Source of the DNA: Coleofasciculus chthonoplastes F2-STO-03
GTDB lineage: Bacteria > Cyanobacteriota > Cyanobacteriia > Cyanobacteriales > Coleofasciculaceae
Direction: 5' to 3'
NCBI GenBank assembly: GCA_040222015.1
Contig: JAVJWO010000108.1
Coordinates: 1 to 64,000, forward strand
DNA: 64,000 nucleotides
Shown here: in pieces, positions 32,201-42,404 of the stretch
Layout: each line of letters starts with the position of its first letter
Numbering within the stretch: position 1 is the stretch's first letter
Made by a program: the position numbers and the translations under genes
Notes under the pieces: generated by a model
The model's input: the letters and a program-made list of their open reading frames with translations, nothing else
What the model was told of the DNA's origin: nothing
Databases searched by the model: none

Positions 32201-33883
32201 CCACCGTTTTTCCTCCCGTAAATGTTCTGGATAATACTGCAAGGCGTAATGACTTTGATGTTCTTGCCAATGGCTACAATAGTCAATCAAATTTTCTAAA
32301 GCATCTTCAGCATCTTCATCGTCATCTAACTTTGCAGCAAACGTTGTTGCCAGTAATGGGTGGGCAAAAGCATAAAGATTGTCTGCTGTAATTCTTATCC
32401 AGCGCGTTACCTGCCAACACAAATGCATCTGCCGTAATTGGCGATCGCGCATTTTTGTCACGGCTTTAATATCCTCTTTGGTTAGTGCGCCTTTCGCTAC
32501 TGCCAATAGTGCAAAAAACTGCCACCGTTCATCTGGTAAGTCGAGTTCGTCTAAGCGTTTTATCTGTTGCTGCACATACTCCTCAAAACTTTTAGGTGTC
32601 TGTGCCAACAATTCCTGAATATTCTGTATATGCTTTGGCGCATGATGACATAAGTCATCAATCAGACAGCTTAGGTAAAGTGGAAAGCCTTGAGTGATTT
32701 GATCGAGTTGGTTAACTAAGCTTGTATCGTCTGCAAATCCTGCCAATTCACCATTTCCCGCTTCTCGTAACCATTGCGCGATCGCACTCTTAGACAAACG
32801 CTCAAGATGTAACGGTTCACCCTTCTCTGTCCAGCCTTCCAAATATTTTTGTTCTTGTCCTTTTTCGGCTCTAGCTGAAGCAATTACAAATACATTTTCT
32901 GGCAAAGGATTGGGAAAAGGAGGAAGAAAAATTTCTCCGGCTTCATCTAAGCCATCGATCACAATAATCAAAGGCTTTTCTGTTTGTCTCCCTGATCTTA
33001 AGCCGTTATAGAGTATTGTACGTAAGTTATCTTTATTGTTAGATGATAGATCATAAGCAAACTCATTATCAGCATCAAGTTGTCGGATTAGATTCCGATA
33101 AGCAGTTTCGATAGAGCGAGTTCTCTCATTGAAAAAATGGTAAGCAATATCACAATCTTTGTTCTGCAATTCTTTGACCCAATTAGCCAGCAGTGCTGTT
33201 TTACCAAAACCTGCGGGAGCCGTTACGAGGAATAAACCGCTGGAGTTTTCCTGCAAAAATCTGGCTAATTTCTGGCGTTCCTCCTCGCGCCCTACAAATA
33301 ACTGGGTGTATTCGCTGATAGTTTGCTCAACCTTATCCACAACCTCCCATTCAGTCAGTCTTCTCTCTTCGCCAAAGTTTTCTTCTAAAATGGCTTCAAT
33401 TCGTCGAACTTGATTAACTTGGAGGTTAGCAACGGCTTTGAGGATATCCCGGTAATCCCAAATATCTTTATCTTTGTCAAAGGTAAACTTATTTTGAATG
33501 ATTTCATCATAGCCGCTGCCCGAATAAGACTGCTGCTTTTCGGTTAGTATATAGATAATTAGCCTGTCATACTTCTCATACAACTTGTACTCAACAAACT
33601 TCCGTAGGGTCTTTTTAATTTTCTCACTGTTGGATGTTGAGGTGATTTGAAACGCCACTCTTGCCCTCTCATCTCCCAAATCGATTCCTGGATAGTTACT
33701 TCCTTCTGTATCATTCATATTTTGGAGATCGGTATAACCGTATACTTCAGAGAAGAGAGGAATTAGTAACGTTTCCGCTACTTTATTTATATCGGTTCGT
33801 GTCATCGCTGTAGCACCCTTGACCTGAGTGACAAAGCTAGACATTAATGTATTGATTCGGTTTTGCGATCGCAACAGTTCCAT
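29288..33883 (-). CDS. SMEK-domain / STAND NTPase / TPR protein (Avs-like antiviral candidate)
   Basis: N-terminal SMEK-like NYPGIDLGD..VAFQITS; Walker A APAGFGKT; Walker B IIVIDGLDE; long helical-repeat C-terminus. Confidence 0.8.
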   Translation of the reverse strand: MELLRSQNRINTLMSSFVTQVKGATAMTRTDINKVAETLLIPLFSEVYGYTDLQNMNDTEGSNYPGIDLGDERARVAFQITSTSNSEKIKKTLRKFVEYKLYEKYDRLIIYILTEKQQSYSGSGYDEIIQNKFTFDKDKDIWDYRDILKAVANLQVNQVRRIEAILEENFGEERRLTEWEVVDKVEQTISEYTQLFVGREEERQKLARFLQENSSGLFLVTAPAGFGKTALLANWVKELQNKDCDIAYHFFNERTRSIETAYRNLIRQLDADNEFAYDLSSNNKDNLRTILYNGLRSGRQTEKPLIIVIDGLDEAGEIFLPPFPNPLPENVFVIASARAEKGQEQKYLEGWTEKGEPLHLERLSKSAIAQWLREAGNGELAGFADDTSLVNQLDQITQGFPLYLSCLIDDLCHHAPKHIQNIQELLAQTPKSFEEYVQQQIKRLDELDLPDERWQFFALLAVAKGALTKEDIKAVTKMRDRQLRQMHLCWQVTRWIRITADNLYAFAHPLLATTFAAKLDDDEDAEDALENLIDYCSHWQEHQSHYALQYYPEHLREEKRWEELYAIARNPDFAATQSEQLPNEPDLPLKTVQAALLGAVEEDKAERMAEFVLIHAHRLGQTNAQESPLEALRSDSLKRAWVLADQYEIERCILWYLLLAWELKDEGKLDDARDTLKRLQQKNLPFFPINGATDWQHKYAAYFLAHIFEVSEETCLTLHQRLFEYSAPGLLCIFLTELGKVQAALKIVEWIILELKKPFPFPEILKAQAEKGNSQEAQIVFAKALEITRQTFPNCWWVWGMGDIAKAQIKLGQREDARATFSEALEATHKIENQKHRMRTLIDIANYQADAGLFSDVRETLQRIEFQGDLEDYWIELAKAQAKIGDREQARISFSRAKQFAQNIQDKGKSYYFLGRIARKQAEIGELADALKTTEELANLNPKSIERLLSSIANQKECDDIIFIYVLETANRIYDNSPDYYKDMILQEIVAVQAQKAQRRQEYFTDAITTARQIKNKRRKAESLLTIVKGQTKLRWFDQAIETANMIDMPDNQTDKDEALIEIIKGQVTAGKFDDAFTLERHIQSQIKQKDALVEIATAYAHAKNFSHAIQIANGLFNTLTKLELLKSIATIQYQIGLAKEARDTFALGLKYSLDYDVSYQSASTLLNMAELLLLSAQNEKGLAYAKDAHEIAKNIKKLSQKVNILARLGEVYAKLGKRNQVKGIFTEAIDIVQKIEKQNSPNHTDWHIVELFKTIGIAQAKAGEFDAALETVEKIKLIGHKALVLQTLAQVHPEAEQRERLKTALTTIHENALSSWNGGFDHAVTTLSSIAVAWQELGERQAALDIWAEACEIIEEEKAKRIKTNPDSLLSTVAGSQVKVGEITLAWENTNKIEDGWTQAKTLSDIASFQWNQGAQDGLSGTLNAVFKAKEKITDEQKRLKALWRIAQIQVMAGQVEQAFNTAEKVLINRNQLLCHIAVILVQLKDKNNFKRLLVPCAYNLETAYQMCGLIARLYPEQAESVAKVVADLN

Positions 33884-34059
33884 GGACTCGATTTGGCAGG
33901 CGATATTCCTCTAGTTCTAACACATAGTCCACAGCCAATCTATGATAAAGGGCGGGTTGGGTTGATAAGTTATCGGTAGATACCAAAATTAAGCGGCTAA
34001 ACCCGCCCCGACAATTTATTTGGGTTCGCGAACTGGGATTACTAAGCTGATACCTTAAA

Positions 34060-34299
34060 ATGGCAAACGATAATTTAAATAGCAACCTTGAATGGGCAAC
34101 TCTCAAACTGTTACGCCAACATCTGAGTATGACTCAAGAAGAGTTAGCTCAGGAATTAGGAACAACCAGCAGAACAATCCGACGCCACGAGACGGGGAAA
34201 AGGCAAATTAGGTTTTCGCTTCCTCAAATCAAGCGACTGATTGAGCTAATGTAAAGAGCCGAAATGTCTGCTGATGATCTTCCTGATGACGTGAAGTGA
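34060..34299 (+). pseudogene. XRE-family HTH regulator with a probable premature stop at 34252
   Basis: LRQHLSMTQEELAQELGTTSRTIRRHETG; TAA where the paralogous fragment at 27518 has CAA; the frame continues RAEMSADDLPDDVK*. Confidence 0.65.
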
Positions 34300-34304
34300 A
34301 CTAT

Positions 34305-34403
34305 TCAGGTTTTTGAACTAGGAAACCATCGGTCAATTTCTACCAGTACCTTACCCTCTTTTTCGAGCTTGTACGATAGAAAATTGACAAACATTCCCCA
34401 ACC
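34305..34403 (-). mobile_element. tnpB: Internal TnpB (IS605 OrfB) fragment
   Basis: Manual translation GWGMFVNFLSYKLEKEGKVLVEIDRWFPSSKT*. Confidence 0.8.
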
Positions 34404-34409
34404 TATAAC

Positions 34410-34619
34410 GGAATCGGCAAAGCCCGAATCTTTCAGGATGCTAAAATTTCCCTCCTTGGACGGGAAGGTACGTTTGAATGTTTAGAACTTCCAGGTGGCA
34501 GAAATCCTTTACTCGGAGTTATCCCACTGGAAGCTTTAGGGATTGAATTAGATATAAAAAATCAACGCCTGAAGCTATTGCCTATCAGTCCAACTGAAAC
34601 CTATTTAACGATTCTTTAA
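34410..34619 (+). pseudogene. C-terminal fragment of a clan AA aspartyl protease-like gene
   Basis: Manual translation ...FECLELPGGRNPLLGVIPLEALGIELDIKNQRL...; no start codon and no DTG motif. Confidence 0.65.
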
Positions 34620-35270
34620 ATAAACAGTAAAAATCCACGACTATTATCGTCGTGGATTTTGCAACTGAGGCTCTCTTCTAGTCCTGCCGAAGCAAGGCTT
34701 TTAGTTATCCCAAATCCCAAGGGTTAGGAGGACTTAAAAAACGTTATTCGCTGGCGCTACCCGTAATAATTTTGGGATACAATTATCTTGGGTTAACGAC
34801 AGGTGGATGAGGCGTAAATTTTAGCTTACAGCTAGTGCTGTCAGAAGTAATACATTGACGAATAGAATAGCGCACGCCCCTTGAAAAGCATAGCGACGCT
34901 GTTGCTCACTATTGGGATATTCAGCATAATATACAGGGGTTTCGATCGCGTAGTTGTTCAGTTGTCCATCTTGGTTGATTGTGGTGTACATCTGAATCTT
35001 TCTCCTCTGTGTTTTTTCTCTCTGTTGTTTATAACTTTAACGAAGGTCTTTACAGAAAAGCAATAGATATGCTATCGGATCTTGTTCTGCTTTTTATAAG
35101 ATGAGCTTATCAAAAGTTACCCGGGTTATATGCCTAGGCAATAATACCGACTTAACTCCATCACAGACAGTTTTCCCCTAGAACTTCTCCATTGCCATTC
35201 ATCAAAAGACTGGACTTTGCGTCTGCTAAGATAGATCAGCCACAGTTAGATTCACCGTTCTACTGCAAAG

Positions 35271-36131
35271 ATGGACAACACACTGAACAGGCTTCGCCGC
35301 CTGAAACGAATTATGGGTTACCGTGTCGAGGATACAATCAGACACTTATCCAACAACGTGAGTCCGTCAGAAATAGTTAATCAAAAGGAAATTAGAGTAG
35401 TTGGCTTAAAACGGAGTGGAAATCATGCCATTATCAACTGGATCAGAAAACAACACCACGGTGAAGTATGGCATTTGAATAAGATTCCCGTAAAAAGAAA
35501 TCCATACCGTTTCTTGTATGAACATTATCCCAAAGAAAAATTAAAACAGGAAGCCAAAGGTAATTTCACCAAAAAAGACTGTTTAATCTATAGCTATGAA
35601 GATCATGCGCTTGAGCAAATCACTGACAATGAGTTTGAGAGAAAAAGTGAACTGTACTTGGGTGAAAGTGCAATCAAATACGACGTAATTATCTTAAGAG
35701 ATCCTTTCAATATGCTGGCAAGCCGATTTAAAAAGGGATATATGAAAGTAAAATGTCCTGATAGAACATTAGTTGAACTGTGGATATCATACGCTCAAGA
35801 ATTATTGGGAGAAACGCAGTTTTTGAAAAATCATAAAATTGTGGTTAATTATAATCAGTGGTTTATCGATGTGGACTATCGCCAGCAATTAGCCAAGCAA
35901 CTTAATATCAAGTTTTCTGATGCAGGTTTTAATGAGGTAAAAGGTCAAGGTGGTGGGAGTTCTTTCGACGGACTTATATTTCGGGGGAAAGCGGCTGAAA
36001 TGGATGTTCTTAATCGATGGAAAGTCTTTGCTGATCAGCCACAATATCAAAAACTCATTGATAATGCAGAACTTCGAGACTATTCAGAACGAATCTTTGG
36101 TCATATTCCAGGAACAGAGCGCTATTTTTGA
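35271..36131 (+). CDS. Sulfotransferase-like P-loop protein
   Basis: GLKRSGNH 5'-PSB-like loop and LRDPFNMLAS 3'-PB-like motif. Confidence 0.6.
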   Translation: MDNTLNRLRRLKRIMGYRVEDTIRHLSNNVSPSEIVNQKEIRVVGLKRSGNHAIINWIRKQHHGEVWHLNKIPVKRNPYRFLYEHYPKEKLKQEAKGNFTKKDCLIYSYEDHALEQITDNEFERKSELYLGESAIKYDVIILRDPFNMLASRFKKGYMKVKCPDRTLVELWISYAQELLGETQFLKNHKIVVNYNQWFIDVDYRQQLAKQLNIKFSDAGFNEVKGQGGGSSFDGLIFRGKAAEMDVLNRWKVFADQPQYQKLIDNAELRDYSERIFGHIPGTERYF

Positions 36132-36605
36132 GAGGTTTTGGCATCGGATTTTCTGACTGGACTGTTTTTGTAGAGTTACCTCCACTGAATATCTGGAAAC
36201 CATTATTCATCAAGGGTTAAAGCGGTTTTAACTTCAGTCATGGAGTCAAGATTAACTCAAATTTTACGAATACCTTCCCAAAGGTTAACCCTTTCACCCC
36301 GATAAAGGGAGTAAGATTGATGAAGATTTCTTCGGGGTGAATTATGAATAGATTTCCTTTCCTTGGGGCAACTCTCCAGTTAAAAAAGGTGCAAAATCTT
36401 ACTGTATAAGCTTTCTCCCCTCCTGCCTTCTTGCCTGGTTGGTGAGCCTGTCGAACCACTGCCTCCTGCCTTCTTGCACTAGATATCGATCAGGGCGGGT
36501 TTTGAATAAATTTTATCACCAATAGCTGGCACAAAATCCCCTAAACCCGCCCCTACAAACCCGGTTTCACTCTTCAGCGCGTTGGCTCAAAACATCTGTA
36601 ACTAT

Positions 36606-37090
36606 TCAACCCAATGTCTGGGTAATCCCCAAATATAGAGAAGAGTAATCTTCATCTGCTAACCCAGCATTTTGGGCATTTTCAACAACTTGGCGCACAC
36701 CTGCAAAACTACTTGCCTCTAACCCTTCTGCTTTGGCTTCACTAAGGAATAAATTAATATCTTTAAGTAAATGTTTTAGGGGAAAATTGGGATCAGCAAA
36801 ATTACTGTCTTGCATCCGATTTAACTTCTTATCAAATTTAATGCATCCTGGCAACTATCGGATAGTGCCACCTGTCGAATCGCATTCGCATCCGCCAACA
36901 TTAAAATAACGCAATCGGCAGCCGCGATCGCATCCGCCGCAGAATCAGTTGTTTCGGCACCTGCATTCCTGAGAGGTTCTAGCTTAGACGAGGTGCGATT
37001 GTACGCCACGACTGGTATTTCCCCATCCAGTAACCGTTGCGCCATGGGTTGTCCCATTAATCCTGTACCGAGAAATCCTACCTTAACCAT
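36606..37090 (-). pseudogene. NAD(P)-dependent beta-hydroxyacid dehydrogenase (3-hydroxyisobutyrate DH family) with an internal deletion
   Basis: N-terminal GFLGTGLMG..MA joined out of frame to the C-terminal FPLKHLLKD...EDYSS; the catalytic middle part is absent. Confidence 0.85.
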
Positions 37091-37216
37091 AGATTTGTCT
37101 TTAGGTTGACGACATCAAAACACTCCCTTGCAATCTTGCAGCCACTGCTTGACTATGACACCTATCTGTTGAGGGATTTCTTTATTTCTGAAGAAATGAC
37201 ATAAGACTAATGACAA

Positions 37217-38914
37217 TTACCCTTTCCACCAACGCTCCTCTTGCACGAGTGTATGCATTTGCCAATTCGGATCAGGTTGAGGATAATCTAAGCGGTAATG
37301 TCCGCCGCGACTTTCTGTCCGAAACAGGGCGCTTTTCAAAATTAAGTAAGCTATATCTAATAAGTTAGATGTTTCTCCCCAAGTTCGCACTAGGTAATCG
37401 GCATTCGGGACATCAAGTTGAACTGTCTTATGTGGCGTTAAATCCCGTAACTGTTGGCTTAAAGGCAATGTAGCAAATTCAGACTGCCAGACTTCCACCT
37501 GCGCGATCGCACGTTCTAGCTTTTGTGCAGATCGACAAATCCCAGCACTTTGCCAGACTAAACGTTTTAACTGATCTTGCATCACCAGCATTTTATCCGT
37601 TTTCGTGGCTTCATCAGATAAGGTTAATGGAGAAATAGAACCCAATTCCTGAGTCAATATCGATCGATCTGGTGTTAATTCCCTCAACTGAGCGCCAAAT
37701 ACAATACATTCCAATAGCGAATTACTGGCTAGACGATTCGCACCATGAACACCTGTATTTGCCGTTTCACCCACGGCATATAAATTAGGAATAGAGGTAC
37801 ATGTCATTAAATCCGTAGCAATTCCCCCCATCCAATAATGGGCGGCGGGGGCGACAGGAATCATATCCCGAAATACATCAACTCCCCATTGCTGGCAAAC
37901 TTGGATAATATTCGGAAATCGGTGGCGAATCCGATCATCGGGAATGGGTTGCAAATCTAAATAGACATGACTGGTGGCTGGATCAGGTTTAGTTTTCTGT
38001 AAATGACTAAAAATTGCCCGACTCACCACATCTCTGGGCGCGAGTTCGCCATCAGGATGATACTCAAAGGCAAAACGGTGTCCCTGATCATCCACCAGAT
38101 GCGCCCCTTCTCCCCGCACCGCTTCGCTGATCAGAAAATGAGGCGCTCCCGGTTTGGTTAACGCTGTGGGATGAAATTGGACAAATTCCAAGTCTTTGAG
38201 AATCGCACTCGCCCGCCACGCGATCGCAACTCCATCTCCGGTACTGACATCGGGATTCGTCGTCTGGGCAAAAACTTGACCGCCGCCTCCTGTAGCCAGG
38301 ACAACCGCCCCCGCCCGTATCCAACTGATGTGACCTTGATACATGAGTTGGACACCCTGACAATGACCTGTTTCAGGATTCAGCCAGACAGATAAAGCAA
38401 ACGCCTGCTGAAGCACCGTAATATTAGATTGGCGCAAGACTAAGGCAGTAAGCGTACTCACTACCGCCCGCCCTGTGGTATCTGCCGCATGGAGAACCCG
38501 GGGACGAGAATGAGCCGCTTCTAAGGTTAACGCTAACTGCTCCCCCCGTCGATCAAACGTCACCCCCATCTCCACTAACGAGCGAATGCGATCGGGCGCT
38601 TGTTGAGCCAGAAACGTCACAGCATCAGCATCACAAAGACCCGCCCCTGCCCGAAGTGTATCCTCAACATGCAACACTGGGGAATCTCCGGGGGCAATAG
38701 CCGCCGCAATACCGCCCTGCGCCCAGTCACTAGCACCGATGGATAGAGTATCTTTGGTTATCAGTGCAACATTTAAGCGATCGGGTAGACAGAGGGCGGC
38801 ATAAAGTCCAGCCGCGCCAGCACCTACAACGACGACATCAAACTGGGTTGGCTGATGGAGTGGCGATTGAGAATTGTCAGGAACAGAAATCATAGTTAGT
38901 CCAAATATAGTCAA
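37217..38914 (-). CDS. nadB: L-aspartate oxidase
   Basis: WAQGGIAA, EAAHS, QFHPT, HYWMGG, HGANRLASNSLLEC, ESRGGH. Confidence 0.95.
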   Translation of the reverse strand: MTIFGLTMISVPDNSQSPLHQPTQFDVVVVGAGAAGLYAALCLPDRLNVALITKDTLSIGASDWAQGGIAAAIAPGDSPVLHVEDTLRAGAGLCDADAVTFLAQQAPDRIRSLVEMGVTFDRRGEQLALTLEAAHSRPRVLHAADTTGRAVVSTLTALVLRQSNITVLQQAFALSVWLNPETGHCQGVQLMYQGHISWIRAGAVVLATGGGGQVFAQTTNPDVSTGDGVAIAWRASAILKDLEFVQFHPTALTKPGAPHFLISEAVRGEGAHLVDDQGHRFAFEYHPDGELAPRDVVSRAIFSHLQKTKPDPATSHVYLDLQPIPDDRIRHRFPNIIQVCQQWGVDVFRDMIPVAPAAHYWMGGIATDLMTCTSIPNLYAVGETANTGVHGANRLASNSLLECIVFGAQLRELTPDRSILTQELGSISPLTLSDEATKTDKMLVMQDQLKRLVWQSAGICRSAQKLERAIAQVEVWQSEFATLPLSQQLRDLTPHKTVQLDVPNADYLVRTWGETSNLLDIAYLILKSALFRTESRGGHYRLDYPQPDPNWQMHTLVQEERWWKG

Positions 38915-39099
38915 ATATTTGAGGAGACATGGGAATCTTCACCTCCCCAAGGGCAATGTAGAGACGCGCCATGGCGCGTCTCTACACCGGACAGGTTTTC
39001 ATCCCTCTACCCTCTGTCATCTGCCTTGATCCTTGTGTAAAAAATAACCCACCCCCAACAGGAGTGGGTTGAACTAGGAATTTCCTGGATTATCCGAGT

Positions 39100-39555
39100 T
39101 TAGTAGACGCCGGGATTGTAGCGGTCGTCACCTTCGTTGTAAACGTCCGCTGTATCGGTCACAGTGAATGCATCCAGATTGTCTTTTAGCACCTGCTTTT
39201 GCCGATCAGTCAATCCGGGAATCTCCAGCACTTCCTCTACATCGTCGTAGGGAGCATTCTGGATGATCAATGATGCTAATGTCGGGAACATCCCCCGATA
39301 CTTGCGAAACGCTCGGATATGAGTATTGTTCAAATCCAGCTTTTGACCATACTCTGTTTCCAGCTTGGCATCGGCTGGATTCCGTAGAGTCGTCTCAGCC
39401 AGTAACATCGGGGACCCATTCTGGATCGCGTTACTCAAAGACACGCCCGGAGTCCAGGACATTGGTGCTGCGATCGCGCTTTGGGAGAAACCCAACCATC
39501 CTAAGCAGCCCACTAACAGTCCCCATACCACTAACACACGAACCAATCGTTTCAT
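39100..39555 (-). CDS. psbU: Photosystem II 12 kDa extrinsic protein
   Basis: [29 protein letters not shown]. Confidence 0.95.
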   Translation of the reverse strand: MKRLVRVLVVWGLLVGCLGWLGFSQSAIAAPMSWTPGVSLSNAIQNGSPMLLAETTLRNPADAKLETEYGQKLDLNNTHIRAFRKYRGMFPTLASLIIQNAPYDDVEEVLEIPGLTDRQKQVLKDNLDAFTVTDTADVYNEGDDRYNPGVY

Positions 39556-39867
39556 TAACTCTCCTCCTTACTCAGACACATTGAAGACCAAGAGAGAACT
39601 GCCGTTCTACAACACTTGGACAAAGCTAGACAATATTGGATCTTCTTAGACATCATCCGGATTGCTTCCTGTTTCACTCTGGCGGTGTCGGCACTCAACC
39701 AGTCCACAGGCTTAACATCGGACGGAACTCGCCCTACTTAAAATCTGTATTTGTTTTCTATCCTCTCATGAAAAATGCTAAATAGTTCTAAAAGTCTACC
39801 GGAAAACCGGGGTTTTGTGGGAAGATTAAAAATTGTCTCTGTTGACGAAAGAATCAGGAAATTAGCT

Positions 39868-40506
39868 ATGGCTCTGCGATTAGGCGACACTGTTCCCAAC
39901 TTCACGCAATCCTCTAGTGAAGGCGAAATCAACTTCTATGACTGGGCAGGGGATAGCTGGGTCGTGTTATTCTCCCACCCAGCTGACTATACACCCGTTT
40001 GCACCACAGAGTTAGGCGAGGTTGCCAAGCTCAAACCCGAATTTGACAAGCGCAATGCTAAAGTCATCGCCTTGAGTGTTGACGATGCGGAGTCTCATCA
40101 GGGTTGGATTCAAGACATCAACGAAACCCAGAATACGACCGTCAACTACCCGGTTTTGGCAGATGCGGATAAAAAGGTGTCTGATCTGTACGACATGATT
40201 CATCCCAACGCCAATGCTAGTGTTACGGTACGCACCGTCTTTGTCATTGATCCCCAGAAAAAACTGCGCCTGACCATCACCTATCCTCCCAGCACCGGTC
40301 GCAACTTTGACGAAATCTTGCGGGTGATTGACTCCCTACAGCTTACGGATCATCATCAGGTTGCCACTCCCGTGAATTGGAAAGATGGGGATGAGTGCGT
40401 AATTGTCCCCTCTCTGAAAGACCCAGAGGTTTTAAAAGAAAAATTCCCCAAAGGTTACACCGAAGTCAAGCCTTACCTGCGGATGACCCCTCAACCCAAC
40501 AAGTAA
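39868..40506 (+). CDS. 1-Cys peroxiredoxin (Prx6)
   Basis: FSHPADYTPVCTTE and GRNFDEILR; start set to MALRLGD. Confidence 0.93.
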   Translation: MALRLGDTVPNFTQSSSEGEINFYDWAGDSWVVLFSHPADYTPVCTTELGEVAKLKPEFDKRNAKVIALSVDDAESHQGWIQDINETQNTTVNYPVLADADKKVSDLYDMIHPNANASVTVRTVFVIDPQKKLRLTITYPPSTGRNFDEILRVIDSLQLTDHHQVATPVNWKDGDECVIVPSLKDPEVLKEKFPKGYTEVKPYLRMTPQPNK

Positions 40507-40552
40507 GGGTTAAGGTAGTGGCGTGGCGCAGCCCTCACTCCATAGTTAAAAA

Positions 40553-40626
40553 GTAGGGGAAGCAGGGGGAGCTCTTGAAGCAGGGGGAGCAGGGGAAGTA
40601 GGGGAAGCAGGGGGAGCAGGGGAAGC
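40553..40626. repeat. Tandem 9-mer repeats (AGCAGGGGA/G-type)
   Basis: Directly visible tandem array. Confidence 0.8.
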
Positions 40627-40796
40627 GGTGTAGAGACGTAGCAGGCTACGTCTGGAAGCAGGGGGAGTTCCTCCTGTAGGGGCGGGTTTGACCGATAACA
40701 TTTTGGCACAAACTAATAACTTGACTAAACCCGCCCTTCTCTGGGAACAGGGGAGGTACAGAAAAAGGACAATAAAGCAGCAACCTTGTAAAGCAA

Positions 40797-41774
40797 ATGG
40801 ATATTAAAGACGGCTTTGTCGGCACAGTAGGGAATACCCCTCTAATTCGATTAAATAGCTTCAGCGCAGAAACAGGCTGTGAAATCCTGGGAAAAGCTGA
40901 GTTTCTTAATCCTGGCGGTTCTGTCAAAGACCGCGCCGCCCTCTATATTATTCAAGATGCTGAAGACAAAGGGTTACTCAAGCCTGGTGGTACAGTTGTT
41001 GAAGGAACGGCTGGTAATACGGGTATTGGTTTAGCGCATATTTGCAACGCGAAGGGATATAAGTGCCTAATTATCATTCCCGAAACTCAATCCCAAGAGA
41101 AAATGGATGCATTAAGGACGCTAGGTGCCGAAGTGCGTCCGGTTCCGGCTGTACCGTATAAAGACCCAAATAATTACGTTAAGCTATCGGGACGAACTGC
41201 CGAAGAGATGGAGAATGCAATTTGGGCAAATCAGTTTGATAATTTAGCCAATCGACAGGCACATTACGAAACCACGGGACCCGAAATTTGGGAACAAACC
41301 GATGGTAACGTTGATGCTTGGGTGGCGGCGACAGGGACAGGGGGAACATTCGCTGGGGTGTCTATGTTTCTGAAAGAAAAGAATCCCCAGATTAAATCGA
41401 TTGTGGCTGACCCGATGGGGAGTGGGTTGTACAGTTACGTGAAGACGGGCGAAATTAACACAGAAGGGAATTCTATTACTGAAGGGATTGGGAACAGCCG
41501 AATTACTGCCAATATGCAAGGCGTTCCCATTGATGATGCGATTCAAATTGATGACCAAGAAGCGGTGCGGGTGATTTACCAACTGCTGGAAAAAGATGGT
41601 TTATTCATGGGTGGTTCTGTGGGAATTAATGTCGGTGCAGCCGTAGCTTTAGCCAAAGAAATGGGACCCGGACATACAATTGTGACGGTGCTGTGTGATA
41701 GCGGTTCGCGTTATCAATCGCGGCTTTACAATCGGGAGTGGTTGGCGCAAAAGGGGCTGTTACCTGAATGTTAG
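40797..41774 (+). CDS. cysK: Cysteine synthase
   Basis: NPGGSVKDR, TAGNTG, GTGGT. Confidence 0.9.
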   Translation: MDIKDGFVGTVGNTPLIRLNSFSAETGCEILGKAEFLNPGGSVKDRAALYIIQDAEDKGLLKPGGTVVEGTAGNTGIGLAHICNAKGYKCLIIIPETQSQEKMDALRTLGAEVRPVPAVPYKDPNNYVKLSGRTAEEMENAIWANQFDNLANRQAHYETTGPEIWEQTDGNVDAWVAATGTGGTFAGVSMFLKEKNPQIKSIVADPMGSGLYSYVKTGEINTEGNSITEGIGNSRITANMQGVPIDDAIQIDDQEAVRVIYQLLEKDGLFMGGSVGINVGAAVALAKEMGPGHTIVTVLCDSGSRYQSRLYNREWLAQKGLLPEC

Positions 41775-42004
41775 CGGTACATCATCACATCTGTAGAGAC
41801 CAAACATGGACGGTCTCTACAATTGCTGGATTATTATTCATATTCTCGTTAATTTGTCAACCTCTAGGGGTTGGACTGATGTTCTAGAGTGAGTTGATCA
41901 GTAACAGGACTTACGCTGCTACACCATCTATAGCGGGAATGGTGCGTTACGCTGCGCTAACACACCCTACAGATAGAGACTGTGCGTAAGTCTTAAGTAA
42001 GCAA

Positions 42005-42322
42005 TCATTTTGTCCCTTGGGTGAAGCGTTGCACTGTCAATTGGATGGCTAAAGCCACCAAGCCAACAGCCACAAGACTAAAGACAGCCGTGGCGAGAGT
42101 ACTGATTCCCACAACTAAAGTACGAACCGCGATCGCAATATTAATCGCCGTCACATTCCCAGAGGGTAGAGGCTTATTCGCTAAGGATTGGGCAATAGCG
42201 GTTGTCAGCCAGTATCCCGCGATCGCCAGAGAACCGGATATCAAGGCTGAAATTAAGCAGCGCAAGGGAGTCGGCGGTGTTTGTTCGGTAGTTGTGGGTT
42301 GGTTATCGGGATTAGTGGTCAT
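42005..42322 (-). CDS. DUF3082-like membrane protein
   Basis: Two TM segments; NIAIAVRTLVVG. Confidence 0.7.
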   Translation of the reverse strand: MTTNPDNQPTTTEQTPPTPLRCLISALISGSLAIAGYWLTTAIAQSLANKPLPSGNVTAINIAIAVRTLVVGISTLATAVFSLVAVGLVALAIQLTVQRFTQGTK

Positions 42323-42404
42323 GAATCTGATATCTAGGGTTTCATCCTTTATTTATTATGAGTGATTTGCCGGACATCACATTACCCTGTAGAGACGTAG
42401 CATG

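Noticed and set aside
34620..34830. Possible structured sRNA ending in the AAAATCCACGAC...GTCGTGGATTTT hairpin
   Set aside because: Only a terminator-like hairpin is supportable; no recognisable family or promoter.
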